From UHGV virus genome UHGV-1375876: 45,898 nt of DNA, one strand, 5' to 3'. Positions 26,300 to 36,284 of the stretch are shown here, piece after piece. Position 1 is the first letter of the stretch; each line of letters begins with the position of its first letter. Origin of the DNA: a virus. The notes below the pieces were generated by a model. The model worked only from the letters and a program-made list of their open reading frames with translations. It was not told where the DNA came from and did not search any database. The position numbers and the translations under genes are program-made.

Positions 26300-26731
26300 G
26301 TGGCTGTTGTTGTCTTTGACCCGCAGGAGTTCCGGGAGGCCTATCCGCGCTTCGTCGATACGAAGACCGGGCAGCCCCTCCTGACCGATGCACAGCTTCG
26401 GCAGGCATTCGACGTCGCCTGTCTGCTCTTGGACAACACAAACTCATCCCCGGTTCCTTATGATCCGGCCCACGGCGTCATGATCCGCAAGACGCTTCTG
26501 TATCTCCTCGTTTGCCATCTGGCGACGCTGGCCTTGTGGCCGATGGGGCAGGCCGGGCCAGTGGCCTCGGCGACGGAAGGAACTGTCAGCATCAGCTTCT
26601 CCGTGCCCCAGAACACCGGGAAAGCCTTTTACGCGCAGACGCCGTGCGGACAGACGTTTTGGCAGGCCATCCAGCCCTATGCCGTGGGCGGTCGCTACTA
26701 TGCCGCCCGGTATTGGCATCCGTGGGGGTAA
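26300..26731 (+). CDS. DUF4054-like phage protein (head-tail connector region)
   Basis: N-terminal FREAYPRF-type motif. GTG start. Confidence 0.4.
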   Translation: MAVVVFDPQEFREAYPRFVDTKTGQPLLTDAQLRQAFDVACLLLDNTNSSPVPYDPAHGVMIRKTLLYLLVCHLATLALWPMGQAGPVASATEGTVSISFSVPQNTGKAFYAQTPCGQTFWQAIQPYAVGGRYYAARYWHPWG

Positions 26732-27294
26732 TGGTGTCCGGAGAACTCGAAAAGCTGCTCAAGCGGTACATCACCCCCGATATCGTCGTGAAGGCCGGGG
26801 TGCTCGAAAATGCGACGCGGGGCGAAGGTGGTACTCCCGTCGCAGAGTATGCGGCGTACAACGAATACGGCGCAACAATCGAAATCCCTGAGCGGACGCA
26901 AACCTTGTACTTCAAGCGGAAGCGTGACGGCAGCGTCGGGAATCGGTTCGTGAAGAAGGGCAAAAGTGATTTTGCGCAGGATGCGACGGTCAAAGCCCAC
27001 ACCGTCACCATCCCCTCTCGGCCTTTCCTGCGCTCAACGCTCGATGCCAAGGCGGATGCATGGTGCGATAACCTCGCGGAAGCGTTGGAAGCCGGACGGA
27101 CGCCGAAAGAGGCGATGCGGCTTGTGGGACGCCGCATGGCAGACGACATTCAAGCAACGATCAAGAGCAATATGCCCCCGGACAACGCCGAATCCACCAA
27201 GCGCCGCAAGAACGCCAAGGGCGCGGGAAAGGGGACGCTCATCGATTCCGGAAGCCTGCTCAAGTCCATCGATTACGAGGTAGTCAAAAGATGA
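26731..27294 (+). CDS. virion morphogenesis/head-tail joining protein (putative)
   Basis: Start overlaps the upstream stop (TAATG). 187 aa. Confidence 0.4.
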   Translation: MVSGELEKLLKRYITPDIVVKAGVLENATRGEGGTPVAEYAAYNEYGATIEIPERTQTLYFKRKRDGSVGNRFVKKGKSDFAQDATVKAHTVTIPSRPFLRSTLDAKADAWCDNLAEALEAGRTPKEAMRLVGRRMADDIQATIKSNMPPDNAESTKRRKNAKGAGKGTLIDSGSLLKSIDYEVVKR

Positions 27295-27722
27295 ATCTCC
27301 ATGAACTTGTGCGTCCGCTTATCAGCATCGTGAACCCTTTCCAGTCGGTCGTGATTCTCGTCTCCACAGGCTTCACCATAACCGCGCAGTATGAGCAGGT
27401 CCCGGCATGGGCCCCCGCCGTTGAAGTCATGGCGCAGCCTCAGCCTGTCGCCGACAAGACGCTGCAATTCCTCGTGCAGCAGCGCCAGAACACGATCTGG
27501 CACGACTTTTATCTTTCAGGGGACTGGTCGGCCCTTGATCGTCCGGCGGAGCAGGGCGGCGATCTTCTCTACTGGGATGGCGCCGAGTGGCAGGTAGATC
27601 AAGTTCTGGAGCGCTGGAATCCCACGGCAGGCTGGACGAAAATCCGGTGCGTGAAGCTCCGGGAAACCGCGCCGCCGGAAGTCGGGGCCACGGAACCGCC
27701 CAAAGGGGGAGACGATGAGTGA
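27291..27722 (+). CDS. hypothetical phage structural protein
   Basis: ATGA coupling to the upstream gene. 143 aa. Confidence 0.4.
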   Translation: MNLHELVRPLISIVNPFQSVVILVSTGFTITAQYEQVPAWAPAVEVMAQPQPVADKTLQFLVQQRQNTIWHDFYLSGDWSALDRPAEQGGDLLYWDGAEWQVDQVLERWNPTAGWTKIRCVKLRETAPPEVGATEPPKGGDDE

Positions 27723-28200
27723 CGGCATCCTCGTGCAGGCCCTCGGCGATTTTTGTAAGCGTTACCTCGGCGATTCCGCCGTTGTTGTGCGCGGCTACGT
27801 CAACCGCGTGAGCAAGCCGAAGACGAAAAGCTACGTGCTCGTTACCCCCATGACCATGACGCGCCTCTCGACGAACCTGCATCAAACGGAGTGCGGCGGG
27901 ACAGCCATCGTACAGCCGCAGCGCCGCCGGGTACAGCTCGACGTCTATGGGCCGACCGCCGCCGACCGCGCCCAAACGCTCGCAACGCTCCTGCGCGACG
28001 GCGTGGGGTGCCGCTTCCTCCAGACGTACGGGATTGCCCCCCTGTACGTCGAAGACCCGCAGGACATGACACAGGCGGAAGGTGACGAGCAGTACAACCC
28101 CCGCTTTATGCTCAATGTACTGATTCAGGCAAACCGCGTTGAACACGTTGAGATGGATACTTTTACCGACGCGGAACTTTCCGTGCATCCGCTGGCATAG
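27715..28200 (+). CDS. tail completion/tail terminator-like protein (putative)
   Basis: ATGA coupling to the upstream gene. It is the last small gene before the sheath. Confidence 0.4.
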   Translation: MSDGILVQALGDFCKRYLGDSAVVVRGYVNRVSKPKTKSYVLVTPMTMTRLSTNLHQTECGGTAIVQPQRRRVQLDVYGPTAADRAQTLATLLRDGVGCRFLQTYGIAPLYVEDPQDMTQAEGDEQYNPRFMLNVLIQANRVEHVEMDTFTDAELSVHPLA

Positions 28201-28215
28201 CAAAAGGAGGGCGCA

Positions 28216-29721
28216 ATGAGCGTCAATGCCGACAAACTGGTTCAAATCATCCCCCGCATTATCGAGGGCGGCACGCCGGGCCTGACCTTCGCCGGGCTCC
28301 TGCTTTCGCAGTCCGAGCTTTTGCCCGCAGGCAGAGTCGTGCAGTTCGCCAGCGCGCAGGCCGTGGCCAATTATTTCGGCTCGCTTTCGGAAGAGGCAAG
28401 CATGGCTTCCATGTACTTCTCCGGCTACGTGAACACGACGAGCCTCCCGGACAAGATTTTCTTTGCCCGGTACAACGGCGAGGCCGTGGGCGCATGGCTG
28501 CGCGGCGCGAAGTATACGGGCAATCTCGCCGTGTTGCAGGCCGTCACCAACGGCGCGATGGTCATTTCCATCGACAACACGCCGCACACGCTTTCCTCCG
28601 TGGATTTGTCCGCTGCGACCAGCTTCTCGCAGGTTGCGGAGGCGATCCAGACTGCGCTCACGACGGCGGGCGCGACCGGGGCGAAGGTGACGTACTCCAG
28701 CCAGACTGGGGCGTTCCAGATCGACAGCCCGACGACCGGGGCAAGTTCCGCCGTGGCCTTTCCGACGCCGCCGGAAGCCGGGACCGACCTCGGCGCGCTG
28801 CTTCTGCTCACCGAACAGTCCGGTGCCGTCCAGTCCGTAGGCATGGCTGGCCAGACGCTCCCCGACTGCATGACCAACGTGCTCCTGTACGCCCGCGATT
28901 GGGTGACGTTCGGGACGGTCTGGGAACCCGAACTTGACGATAAGATCGCGCTCGCACAATGGTGCGCCGGGTATGACACCCGTTTTGTCTATGTGATGTG
29001 GGATACCGACAACGCCGCGCAGGTCGCGGGCTCCACAGCCTCGGCGGGGTATCAGATTGCCAAGGTGCTCGAACTCGACGGGACGGTTCCCGTGTTCAAC
29101 ACGCCTGAACTCGCCGCGTGGGTCATGGGCACGGCGGCCTCCATCAACTTTGAAGAGACGAACGGACGGCTCACCTTCGCATTCAAGCAGGGCGAAGGGC
29201 TTGCCGTAACCTGCGACAACGACGAGAACTATGACGCGCTGATCGCCAACGCCTACAACTGCTATGCGGACTTCGCCACGGCCTCCAGCCAGTTCAAGTT
29301 TTTCCAGAACGGGCAGGTTTCTGGCAAATGGGGCTGGCTCGACACGTACCTTGACGCCATCGCCATTAAAGACGGCCTCCAGTTGAATCTTTTGGACCTG
29401 TTCAAGGCCGTAAAGTGCATCCCCTACAACGAGAGCGGCTACGGCATGATCCGTACGGCCTGCCTCGACACCATCACGCGTTTTCTCGACTTCGGGGCTA
29501 TCCGCACGGGCGTGACCCTCTCGAACACCCAAAAGGTGCAGCTCCTCGCGGAAATCGGGCTGGACGTTTCCCAGACGCTTGAAACGCAGGGCTGGTATAT
29601 GCAGGTCAAGGACCCCGGCGCGACCGTACGCGGACAACGCCAGTCCCCCGAATGCAAATTTTACTACATGGACGGCGGCAGCGTGCAGCAAATCGTCATG
29701 CCCGCCACGGCCATTCAGTGA
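28216..29721 (+). CDS. contractile tail sheath protein
   Basis: 501 aa, with an AAAGGAGGG Shine-Dalgarno. Followed by tube, frameshifted chaperone and tape measure, the canonical myovirus order. Confidence 0.7.
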   Translation: MSVNADKLVQIIPRIIEGGTPGLTFAGLLLSQSELLPAGRVVQFASAQAVANYFGSLSEEASMASMYFSGYVNTTSLPDKIFFARYNGEAVGAWLRGAKYTGNLAVLQAVTNGAMVISIDNTPHTLSSVDLSAATSFSQVAEAIQTALTTAGATGAKVTYSSQTGAFQIDSPTTGASSAVAFPTPPEAGTDLGALLLLTEQSGAVQSVGMAGQTLPDCMTNVLLYARDWVTFGTVWEPELDDKIALAQWCAGYDTRFVYVMWDTDNAAQVAGSTASAGYQIAKVLELDGTVPVFNTPELAAWVMGTAASINFEETNGRLTFAFKQGEGLAVTCDNDENYDALIANAYNCYADFATASSQFKFFQNGQVSGKWGWLDTYLDAIAIKDGLQLNLLDLFKAVKCIPYNESGYGMIRTACLDTITRFLDFGAIRTGVTLSNTQKVQLLAEIGLDVSQTLETQGWYMQVKDPGATVRGQRQSPECKFYYMDGGSVQQIVMPATAIQ

Positions 29722-29732
29722 TGAGGTAAAAC

Positions 29733-30182
29733 ATGGCTGACAACTTCGGCAACATGACGATTACAGCGGCAAATTGCACGCTTTTCCTGACGGTTCCCGG
29801 GCTCTACGACAGTCCCGTGCAGATCGAGGGGTTCAGCACCGACGCGATGGTCAGCGTCGCCACGAATACCCCAGTCGTCGCGGAAAAGGGCGTTGACGGG
29901 CATACCTCTTTTGGTTGGGTCCCGACCAACAAAGAAGTTACGATTACCCTCGCTGCGGACTCGCCCAGCCGCCAGATCATGGAAGATTGGGCCACGTATC
30001 AGGAAACCGCCCGGGAAGTGATGCTCTGCAATGCCGAGTTCGCCATGCCGAGCATCAACCGGAAGATCACCGGGAAACGGGGCGGCCTCACCTCCGTACA
30101 GTCCAGCCCCAACGCCGCTCAGACCTTGCAGGCGAGCGCCTTCGTCATCACCTTTGACCAGTGGACCGCGAGTCCGCTTTAA
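29733..30182 (+). CDS. tail tube protein
   Basis: 149 aa immediately after the sheath. Confidence 0.65.
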   Translation: MADNFGNMTITAANCTLFLTVPGLYDSPVQIEGFSTDAMVSVATNTPVVAEKGVDGHTSFGWVPTNKEVTITLAADSPSRQIMEDWATYQETAREVMLCNAEFAMPSINRKITGKRGGLTSVQSSPNAAQTLQASAFVITFDQWTASPL

Positions 30183-30197
30183 ACCGTGGAGGCCGTC

Positions 30198-30695
30198 ATG
30201 CTCAACGAAAAAATTATTGCCATCGACAAGGGCCGCGACGCCGGGAAGACCTTCAAGGTCAAGGAAATGCCCGTCACCAAGCTGGAAAAATGGGCCGCCC
30301 GTGCGCTGCTCGCCGTCTTCGGTTCCGAGATGCCCGCCGACATCCGAACGCTTTCAGCGTCATCGAACACCGCCGCGCTGCTTTCCGCCGGGCTCCGGGG
30401 ACTCTCGGGGCTCCGGTGGGAACAGGCAGAGCCGCTCTATGACGAGCTTCTCGGGCAGATCTATCGCGTCCCGAACCCCCACAAGCCCGATGATGCCATC
30501 AGGCTTACTCCGCAAAACCTCGACGCCCATGTCGAGGACGTGGGCACGATCTATCGTTTGCGTTGGGAGGCCATCGCCGTCTGTCTGGATTTTTTGCAGG
30601 GCGGCGAGGGCTTGACCTCCCGCCTGTCGCAGATCCTCAACCTCTCGGGCTCCGGGACTACGCAAACTTCCCCGGATGCGTCGGAATCCCGGTAA
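30198..30695 (+). CDS. tail assembly chaperone (short form)
   Basis: GGAGG Shine-Dalgarno 5 nt before the ATG. Located between the tube and tape measure. Confidence 0.55.
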   Translation: MLNEKIIAIDKGRDAGKTFKVKEMPVTKLEKWAARALLAVFGSEMPADIRTLSASSNTAALLSAGLRGLSGLRWEQAEPLYDELLGQIYRVPNPHKPDDAIRLTPQNLDAHVEDVGTIYRLRWEAIAVCLDFLQGGEGLTSRLSQILNLSGSGTTQTSPDASESR

Positions 30696-30826
30696 GCCGG
30701 AACCTCGCGACGTTGCACGAAATGCAGACAGTATACGGCCTGTCCGATGCCTACGAGATGCTAGAAATCATCGCCGTGGACGGCCACAACCAACGCCTCT
30801 GGAGCAAATTCCATGAACGCAGGTGA
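30198..30826 (+). CDS. tail assembly chaperone, long form, produced by a putative -1 programmed frameshift at T TTT TTG (30590..30596)
   Basis: The -1 frame stays open from the slippery run to 30826 and encodes protein-like sequence (..NLATLHEMQTVYGLSDAYEMLEIIAVDGHNQRLW..). This parallels the G/GT or E/E' arrangement before the tape measure. Confidence 0.45.
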
Positions 30827-32621
30827 ACTCGTCGTCAGCCTCTTGCTGAAAGCAGGGGATTTTAAAGCGCAGGTGCAGTCCGCACAAGAGCGGCTGGACG
30901 GCGTGCAGGCCGCAGCCGTTGACGTGGGGCGCGCGACATATGACGCAGGCGTCAAGGGGGCCCAAGGGCTTGGTCAATCTGCCGATGCCGCCTCTTCGTT
31001 GCAAGCCGCTTTTGATGAAGCCGTGCAAAAAGGCCGCGAAATCAGCGAGGTCACGAAAGAGTATCAGCGGATGCGCGAGGAGCTTATCCGCACCGGAGCG
31101 ACAAAAGAACGTCTTGAGGCCCTTGATGATGCAGCGAAAAAACTGGGCGTTTCGCTGGAAGACGCGGCGGACAAAGGCGCGTTTGGCTTTGAACGGCTCA
31201 AGAGCGTGGCAGCGCAGGCCCTCGCCGTCATCGGCGGCGTTTCCATCCTGAAAAGCTCCATAGCGCAGTATTACGAGCAGGCTCAGGCTATTGAGAAGAC
31301 TTCGGACGCGCTCGGCATGAGCATTGAAGACTGGCAGGCATGGCAAAGGACGGCAGCCTCCGCCGGGGTTGACGCCGAGGAGCTTTCGACCCGGTTCATG
31401 GATCTGGGCGACTGGATGCAGGATCTCATCTTGCACGACTCGGGGCCGCTCAAAGACGCGACCAAAGACTTGGGGGTGAGCTTCACGGATGCGAAAGGGA
31501 AGGCCGTTTCCTTTGAAGAAGGACTCCTTCGTCTCTCCGACGCCACGTCAAAAATCGACCGCCAGAAGGCGACCTCGATCCTCACGCAGATCGGCTTCGA
31601 CGAAAAAACCATCCCGCTCATCCTCAAGGGCCGCAAAGGGATTGAGGAGCTTCTGAAAGTCCAGAAGGCTCAAGCCATCTACAGCAAGCAGGACATCGAA
31701 AACGCGAAGAAGCAACGGGAGGCGCAGCAGCGGCTCAATGACGCATGGGAGGCCATCTCAGCCCTTTTCGCCAGCACCGTCTCCCCTGCGATCACGTTTT
31801 TGACGAACCTGCTCGGCGATCTCCTCGGGTGGGTGAAAGAAAACAAGCAGTTCGTGATAGTCTTCTTTACGGCGTTAGCCGGGGTCATTACGACGCTCAT
31901 GCTCCCGGCGTTGAGCGCGATGGCGACGGCGGCATGGGCTGCGATTGCGCCGTTTACGCCGTTGATTGCGGGCATCGGCGCGATCGCGCTGGTTGTCGAC
32001 GATCTCATTACCTACATCAAAGGCGGAGAATCTGCACTTTCCGGGCTCTGGTCGATGTTCGGAACTGGCGATGAAATCGGGGCTCGTTTCAAGGCTATTT
32101 GGGAAGGCATCAAAAGTATTCTCGGGGGCGTCTGGGATGCCCTTTCGGGGGTCGCCAAGCTCTTCAACTCCGTTCTTACTCTGGACGGAAAAGGCGTTAT
32201 CGAAGCCCTCAAAACGATCTGGGGAGGCATCTCCAAAATCAATGATGTGCTTGTCGAAATGCTGAACTGGGTAGCCCAGAAGCTCTACAATTTGCTTCCC
32301 GACTGGATCAAGGACTGGCTCGGCGGCGATGAGTCTTCGCGCCCGGAAGAAACGAAGGCCGAAGCCAAGCCCGGCGGCGTCGCCGATTCGATGCGGGTTG
32401 GTGATGTCCGCCCGTCTATTCTGCCGCCGCAGGTGCGCGCCGGGGATGCGCGTCCGGGAAGCGTGAGCAATGTCAACAATTCGCGTCAGATGACGTCAAC
32501 CACCAATGTGGGGGAGGTCAAGGTCTACACCCAGGCTACGGATGCGGAAGGGATGGCCCAAGGAGTGGTTCCGGCTCTTCGTAATCAGACCGCGCAAGCA
32601 GACAGCGCATTCGGGTACTGA
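30813..32621 (+). CDS. tail tape measure protein
   Basis: 602 aa, Ala/Gly/Leu-rich with coiled-coil and hydrophobic central segments. GGAG Shine-Dalgarno. Confidence 0.75.
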   Translation: MNAGELVVSLLLKAGDFKAQVQSAQERLDGVQAAAVDVGRATYDAGVKGAQGLGQSADAASSLQAAFDEAVQKGREISEVTKEYQRMREELIRTGATKERLEALDDAAKKLGVSLEDAADKGAFGFERLKSVAAQALAVIGGVSILKSSIAQYYEQAQAIEKTSDALGMSIEDWQAWQRTAASAGVDAEELSTRFMDLGDWMQDLILHDSGPLKDATKDLGVSFTDAKGKAVSFEEGLLRLSDATSKIDRQKATSILTQIGFDEKTIPLILKGRKGIEELLKVQKAQAIYSKQDIENAKKQREAQQRLNDAWEAISALFASTVSPAITFLTNLLGDLLGWVKENKQFVIVFFTALAGVITTLMLPALSAMATAAWAAIAPFTPLIAGIGAIALVVDDLITYIKGGESALSGLWSMFGTGDEIGARFKAIWEGIKSILGGVWDALSGVAKLFNSVLTLDGKGVIEALKTIWGGISKINDVLVEMLNWVAQKLYNLLPDWIKDWLGGDESSRPEETKAEAKPGGVADSMRVGDVRPSILPPQVRAGDARPGSVSNVNNSRQMTSTTNVGEVKVYTQATDAEGMAQGVVPALRNQTAQADSAFGY

Positions 32622-32623
32622 CA

Positions 32624-33180
32624 TGGCATTCGGAGCGCTCCCGCCGGGACAGCCCGGAAACTGGTCGATTTTCGATAAAGACGGCAACAAGGGCCTCGAC
32701 TTCGACACCTTTTTTTCATGCTCAATCAAGGCCGAGAACAAAATCAGCTCTAACCCTGTCGAGAAAGGGAGTTTCGCGGATTACAACAAGGTCGCTTCTC
32801 CCACGGCGATATCGGTCGTGCTGGGCCGCACGGGGAAGAGCGACGAGCTTGCGGCGTTTCTGACGGCGCTGGACAAGCTGGCGGAAAGCACCGACCTCGT
32901 GAGCATCGTCACCCCGGAAAAAACGTTTCTCGACTACAACCTTGTCTCCTACGACTACGACCGCAAGGCCGAAAACGGTGTGGACAGGCTGCTTGTGGGG
33001 ATCATGCTGCAAGAGATCCGGCAGGTCGATCCGCAGTACAGCAACGAAACGATAAAGCCAATCAGTAAAGCGCAGGCAAAGAATCCGACCGACGCAAGCA
33101 CCACGGATGCCGGGAAACAACAGGGGCAGACGACGCAAAAAAGCACACTGAAAAAGCTAGGCGAGGGGATTTTCGGATGA
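32624..33180 (+). CDS. tail/baseplate protein (putative)
   Basis: 185 aa directly after the tape measure. Confidence 0.4.
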
Positions 33181-33479
33181 TGACCGTACCGCTCCGACAG
33201 GAGCCGAACCAGAGCCTCCAAATTGTGCTTGGGGAACAGAACTGCACCCTCCGGTTCATCTCCCGAGGCGTGAACCTGTACTGCGACCTTGCTGTCGACC
33301 AGACGGTCATCTGGTCTGGGGTCATCTGCCGTAACCTCGTCGGCTTGAAGCTGTACGACTATCTCGCCTTCCGGGGGCAGCTCTACTTTGTCGATATGCA
33401 GGGCGAAGATGATCCCCGCTGGTCTGGCCTCGGTGACCGCTTCCAGCTCGTTTATGTCGAAGAAGGGGAAACGCTGTGA
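33177..33479 (+). CDS. small tail/baseplate protein (putative)
   Basis: ATGA coupling to the upstream gene. 100 aa. Confidence 0.4.
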   Translation: MMTVPLRQEPNQSLQIVLGEQNCTLRFISRGVNLYCDLAVDQTVIWSGVICRNLVGLKLYDYLAFRGQLYFVDMQGEDDPRWSGLGDRFQLVYVEEGETL

Positions 33480-34378
33480 ACACGAGCTTCACCAAAAAGC
33501 TGCTTGAAGCGCACATCACGCTCGCCGAGGGCGGCTTCAATACGGCCACCGGGCAAGGGGCGAACACCAAGATCATCAGGCTCGGGATGGACGTAGACAT
33601 CCAGAAACCTGGCGGGAAAGAGAAGAACAAGGCCAAAGTCAAGATTTTCAATATGCCCTTGGCGGATATGGAGATGCTGACGACGCTGGCGTTCAAGCCG
33701 TTGCAGGCGTCGAAAAACCGCATTGCCGTGTACGCGGGCGATGAAGAGCACGGGATGTCTCTGGCGTTCTCCGGCGACATCGTGAGCGCCGTCCCGAACT
33801 TCAACGCGGCGCCGGACCCTTCTTTCGACGTCGAGTGCATCACGGGATACGTCGCCAGCATTACGCCCGTGCCGCCGTTGACGGCGCAGGGTGCGCAGGA
33901 CGTTGCCACGCTCATGCAGGGGCTTGCGAAGCAAATGGGGCTCGCTTTCGTCAACAGGGGCGTGTCCGTTTCCATTCGCAATGTCGCCATCGTCGGGGGC
34001 CCGATGGAACAGGCGCAGCAGCTTGCCCACGATGCCCGTATTGACCTCATCGTGGATGATGGCGAGATGGTCATCTCCCCGCTTGCGACGCTTCGCAGCG
34101 ATGACGGCGGCTCGACGCCCCTCTGGTCCGCGAAAAGCGGCATGATTGGCTATCCGAGCTTCGATAACGAGGGCGTGACGGTGAAAGGCATCTACGAGCC
34201 GAAGCTCCAGCTTGGCGGCCCGGTGCGCATCGAGAGCATCGTCCCTCGCGCATCAGGCCTCTGGCAGGTCGTGAGCCTGAGCCACAAATTGCAGGCAGGC
34301 TATCCCGGCGCAACGCAGTGGGTGAGTCAGGTCAAGGCAAGCTATCCCGGCGCGAAGCCGAAGAAGGACAAGAAATAA
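33476..34378 (+). CDS. tail/baseplate hub-like protein (putative)
   Basis: 300 aa, translationally coupled to its neighbours. Confidence 0.4.
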   Translation: MNTSFTKKLLEAHITLAEGGFNTATGQGANTKIIRLGMDVDIQKPGGKEKNKAKVKIFNMPLADMEMLTTLAFKPLQASKNRIAVYAGDEEHGMSLAFSGDIVSAVPNFNAAPDPSFDVECITGYVASITPVPPLTAQGAQDVATLMQGLAKQMGLAFVNRGVSVSIRNVAIVGGPMEQAQQLAHDARIDLIVDDGEMVISPLATLRSDDGGSTPLWSAKSGMIGYPSFDNEGVTVKGIYEPKLQLGGPVRIESIVPRASGLWQVVSLSHKLQAGYPGATQWVSQVKASYPGAKPKKDKK

Positions 34379-35100
34379 TGCAGGGACAACGCGGCCTCTC
34401 GACAAATTCCAGCGAGTACAACGCGCAGGACTTCATGATCAGCCAGATGCTCGGACGCATCGCAACGGCGGAACCCGTTCGCGTGGTCGCCGTCTCCGGC
34501 TCGGGCGTCTCCCCGGTGGGCTTCGTCGACGTGCAACCCCTCATCAACTTGGTGACGGGCGAACAGAAGGCGCAGGAGCAGAGCGTGCTCTTCAAGCTCC
34601 CGTACCTACGCATTCAAGGCGGAAAAAATGCCCTCGTCATCGACCCGCAGCCGGGCGACATCGGCCTCGCCGTCTACGCCATGCGCGACACTGAATCGCT
34701 CAAAGAGAGCCGGGGGAAGGACGGGAACGTCAATCCGGGTTCCGCCCGTGCCATGAGCAAAGGCGACGGCTTCTATCTCGGAGGCTTCTTGAACGCCGCG
34801 CCGGAACGCTATGTGCTGGTCGACGACGAGGGCGTCACCATCGAAGGAGTGGCCAAACTGACGATGCACGGGGAAACTTCCGTCCTGACGGCGGAAAACG
34901 GCCTCACCATCAACGCCGATGTGCGCATCAACGGATCCTTGACGTGGACGGGCACGGCGCAGGGCGACGGCGGCCCGGCCCGGTTCTCCGGCGGACTCAC
35001 GAACATGGGAGGGACGGTTGAGAGTAACGGTAAGGTCTTGGAAACCCATGTTCATACCGGGGTCAAGCCCGGTTCCGGCATATCCGGACAACCACAGTAA
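34378..35100 (+). CDS. baseplate spike protein (gpV-like)
   Basis: N-terminal OB-like region and a C-terminal Gly-rich tip with the HxH motif (ETHVHTG). TAATG start overlap with the upstream stop. Confidence 0.55.
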   Translation: MQGQRGLSTNSSEYNAQDFMISQMLGRIATAEPVRVVAVSGSGVSPVGFVDVQPLINLVTGEQKAQEQSVLFKLPYLRIQGGKNALVIDPQPGDIGLAVYAMRDTESLKESRGKDGNVNPGSARAMSKGDGFYLGGFLNAAPERYVLVDDEGVTIEGVAKLTMHGETSVLTAENGLTINADVRINGSLTWTGTAQGDGGPARFSGGLTNMGGTVESNGKVLETHVHTGVKPGSGISGQPQ

Positions 35101-35112
35101 CGGGGAGGTGTT

Positions 35113-35853
35113 ATGCCTGATTTTCAGTACCAGCCCCCGACAGGGCCGCTTTCCGGAAGCGAATTCGAGAGACAAACCACACAGTTCTTTCAGCAAGTAT
35201 CGGCTGCGGCTGGTGCAGCGTCGACGGCGGCAAGTGCGGCACAAACCACGGCAAATGAGGCACTTGAGCGTGCTCAGGCGTCGAACTTTGTCGACGGGAA
35301 GACCACGCGGGCCGCTGCGGACGGCGCGATCACCGTGAAAGATGTGGCGATTAGTGGAGACCTTGAGGATCTTGCGAGTGCGCGGGGGCAGATTGGGGAC
35401 AATATCCGGATCAATACAGCTTCGGATCTGAACGCGTATACCAAGGCTGGCAACTGGCTTTTTTCGGATGCCGCCGCAAGAGAAAATTTTCCAAATATCG
35501 GTAGGGGTGGAGAACTTAACTGCTACGTTTCAACCACGGCAATATTCCAATTTTTTACTGAATTTAACAATAACAGAAGGTATATTCGATACGGAATCCC
35601 CAACAGTACGTGGACGAACTGGATACAATTTATTTCTGTCGCTCAGCTCGGTGACGGCATTCGTAACACAAACGGCATCATCTCCGTCCCCGAATACGAA
35701 GGCGCGACGGCATCGACCGCCGGAACGAGCGGCCTCGTCCCGCCCGCAGCCGCCGGGCAAGCCACCTACGTGCTCTGTGGCGATGGAGAATGGCGGGACA
35801 TAGCGACGCTTGTCGCCGCTGCATCTGTAAAAGCGGAAGAAGGGACTTCATGA
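35113..35853 (+). CDS. tail fiber-related protein with a pyocin-knob-like domain
   Basis: Knob-like segment GNWLFSD..NFPNIGRGGELNCYVS..IFQFFTEFNNNRRYIRYGIPNSTWTNW. Locally AT-rich at 35460..35640. C-terminal GLVPPAAAGQATYVLCGDGEWRD motif. Confidence 0.45.
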   Translation: MPDFQYQPPTGPLSGSEFERQTTQFFQQVSAAAGAASTAASAAQTTANEALERAQASNFVDGKTTRAAADGAITVKDVAISGDLEDLASARGQIGDNIRINTASDLNAYTKAGNWLFSDAAARENFPNIGRGGELNCYVSTTAIFQFFTEFNNNRRYIRYGIPNSTWTNWIQFISVAQLGDGIRNTNGIISVPEYEGATASTAGTSGLVPPAAAGQATYVLCGDGEWRDIATLVAAASVKAEEGTS

Positions 35854-36284
35854 ATTTCCGAGCAGTTCTGAATATCCGCGCGCTCTCCAATATTCGTGAA
35901 GCACAAGCATCTTCCGAAGGTGAGGTAGATTCGGGGCTCTTATCCTTACGGCTTGATGATATGTGGGATTTGACGCTCTCCGCAGGGGGCAATCTTGCTT
36001 CGACAGGGGGGACTGTGCGCATCGTGCAAGACGTCGCGTCGTACGTGCGGACATTTCAGGGAGAACCGTACTACGCGCAGCAAGACGGAATCCCGTACTT
36101 CATGCGCGAGCTTGGTTCCCTCCCTCCCGCCGAGCTCGTGCGGGCGCGCTCGAATGCCCGTGCGCTTGAAGTCCCCGGCGTAGCGCAGGCTGATACGCAG
36201 CTTTCTCGGCTTGAAAAACGCATCTTGAGCGGGACGATCCGCATCACTACAGAGACGGGGGAAACCGCAGATGTCGCAGTCTAG
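35850..36284 (+). CDS. baseplate assembly protein (gpW/gp25-like position)
   Basis: 144 aa between the spike/knob genes and the J-like gene. ATGA coupling. Confidence 0.4.
   Translation: MNFRAVLNIRALSNIREAQASSEGEVDSGLLSLRLDDMWDLTLSAGGNLASTGGTVRIVQDVASYVRTFQGEPYYAQQDGIPYFMRELGSLPPAELVRARSNARALEVPGVAQADTQLSRLEKRILSGTIRITTETGETADVAV

Noticed and set aside
27427-29691. 754-aa minus-strand ORF
   Set aside because: It is antisense to several coupled plus-strand tail genes, including the sheath. It is Arg/Gly/Ala-rich with no domain-like segments.
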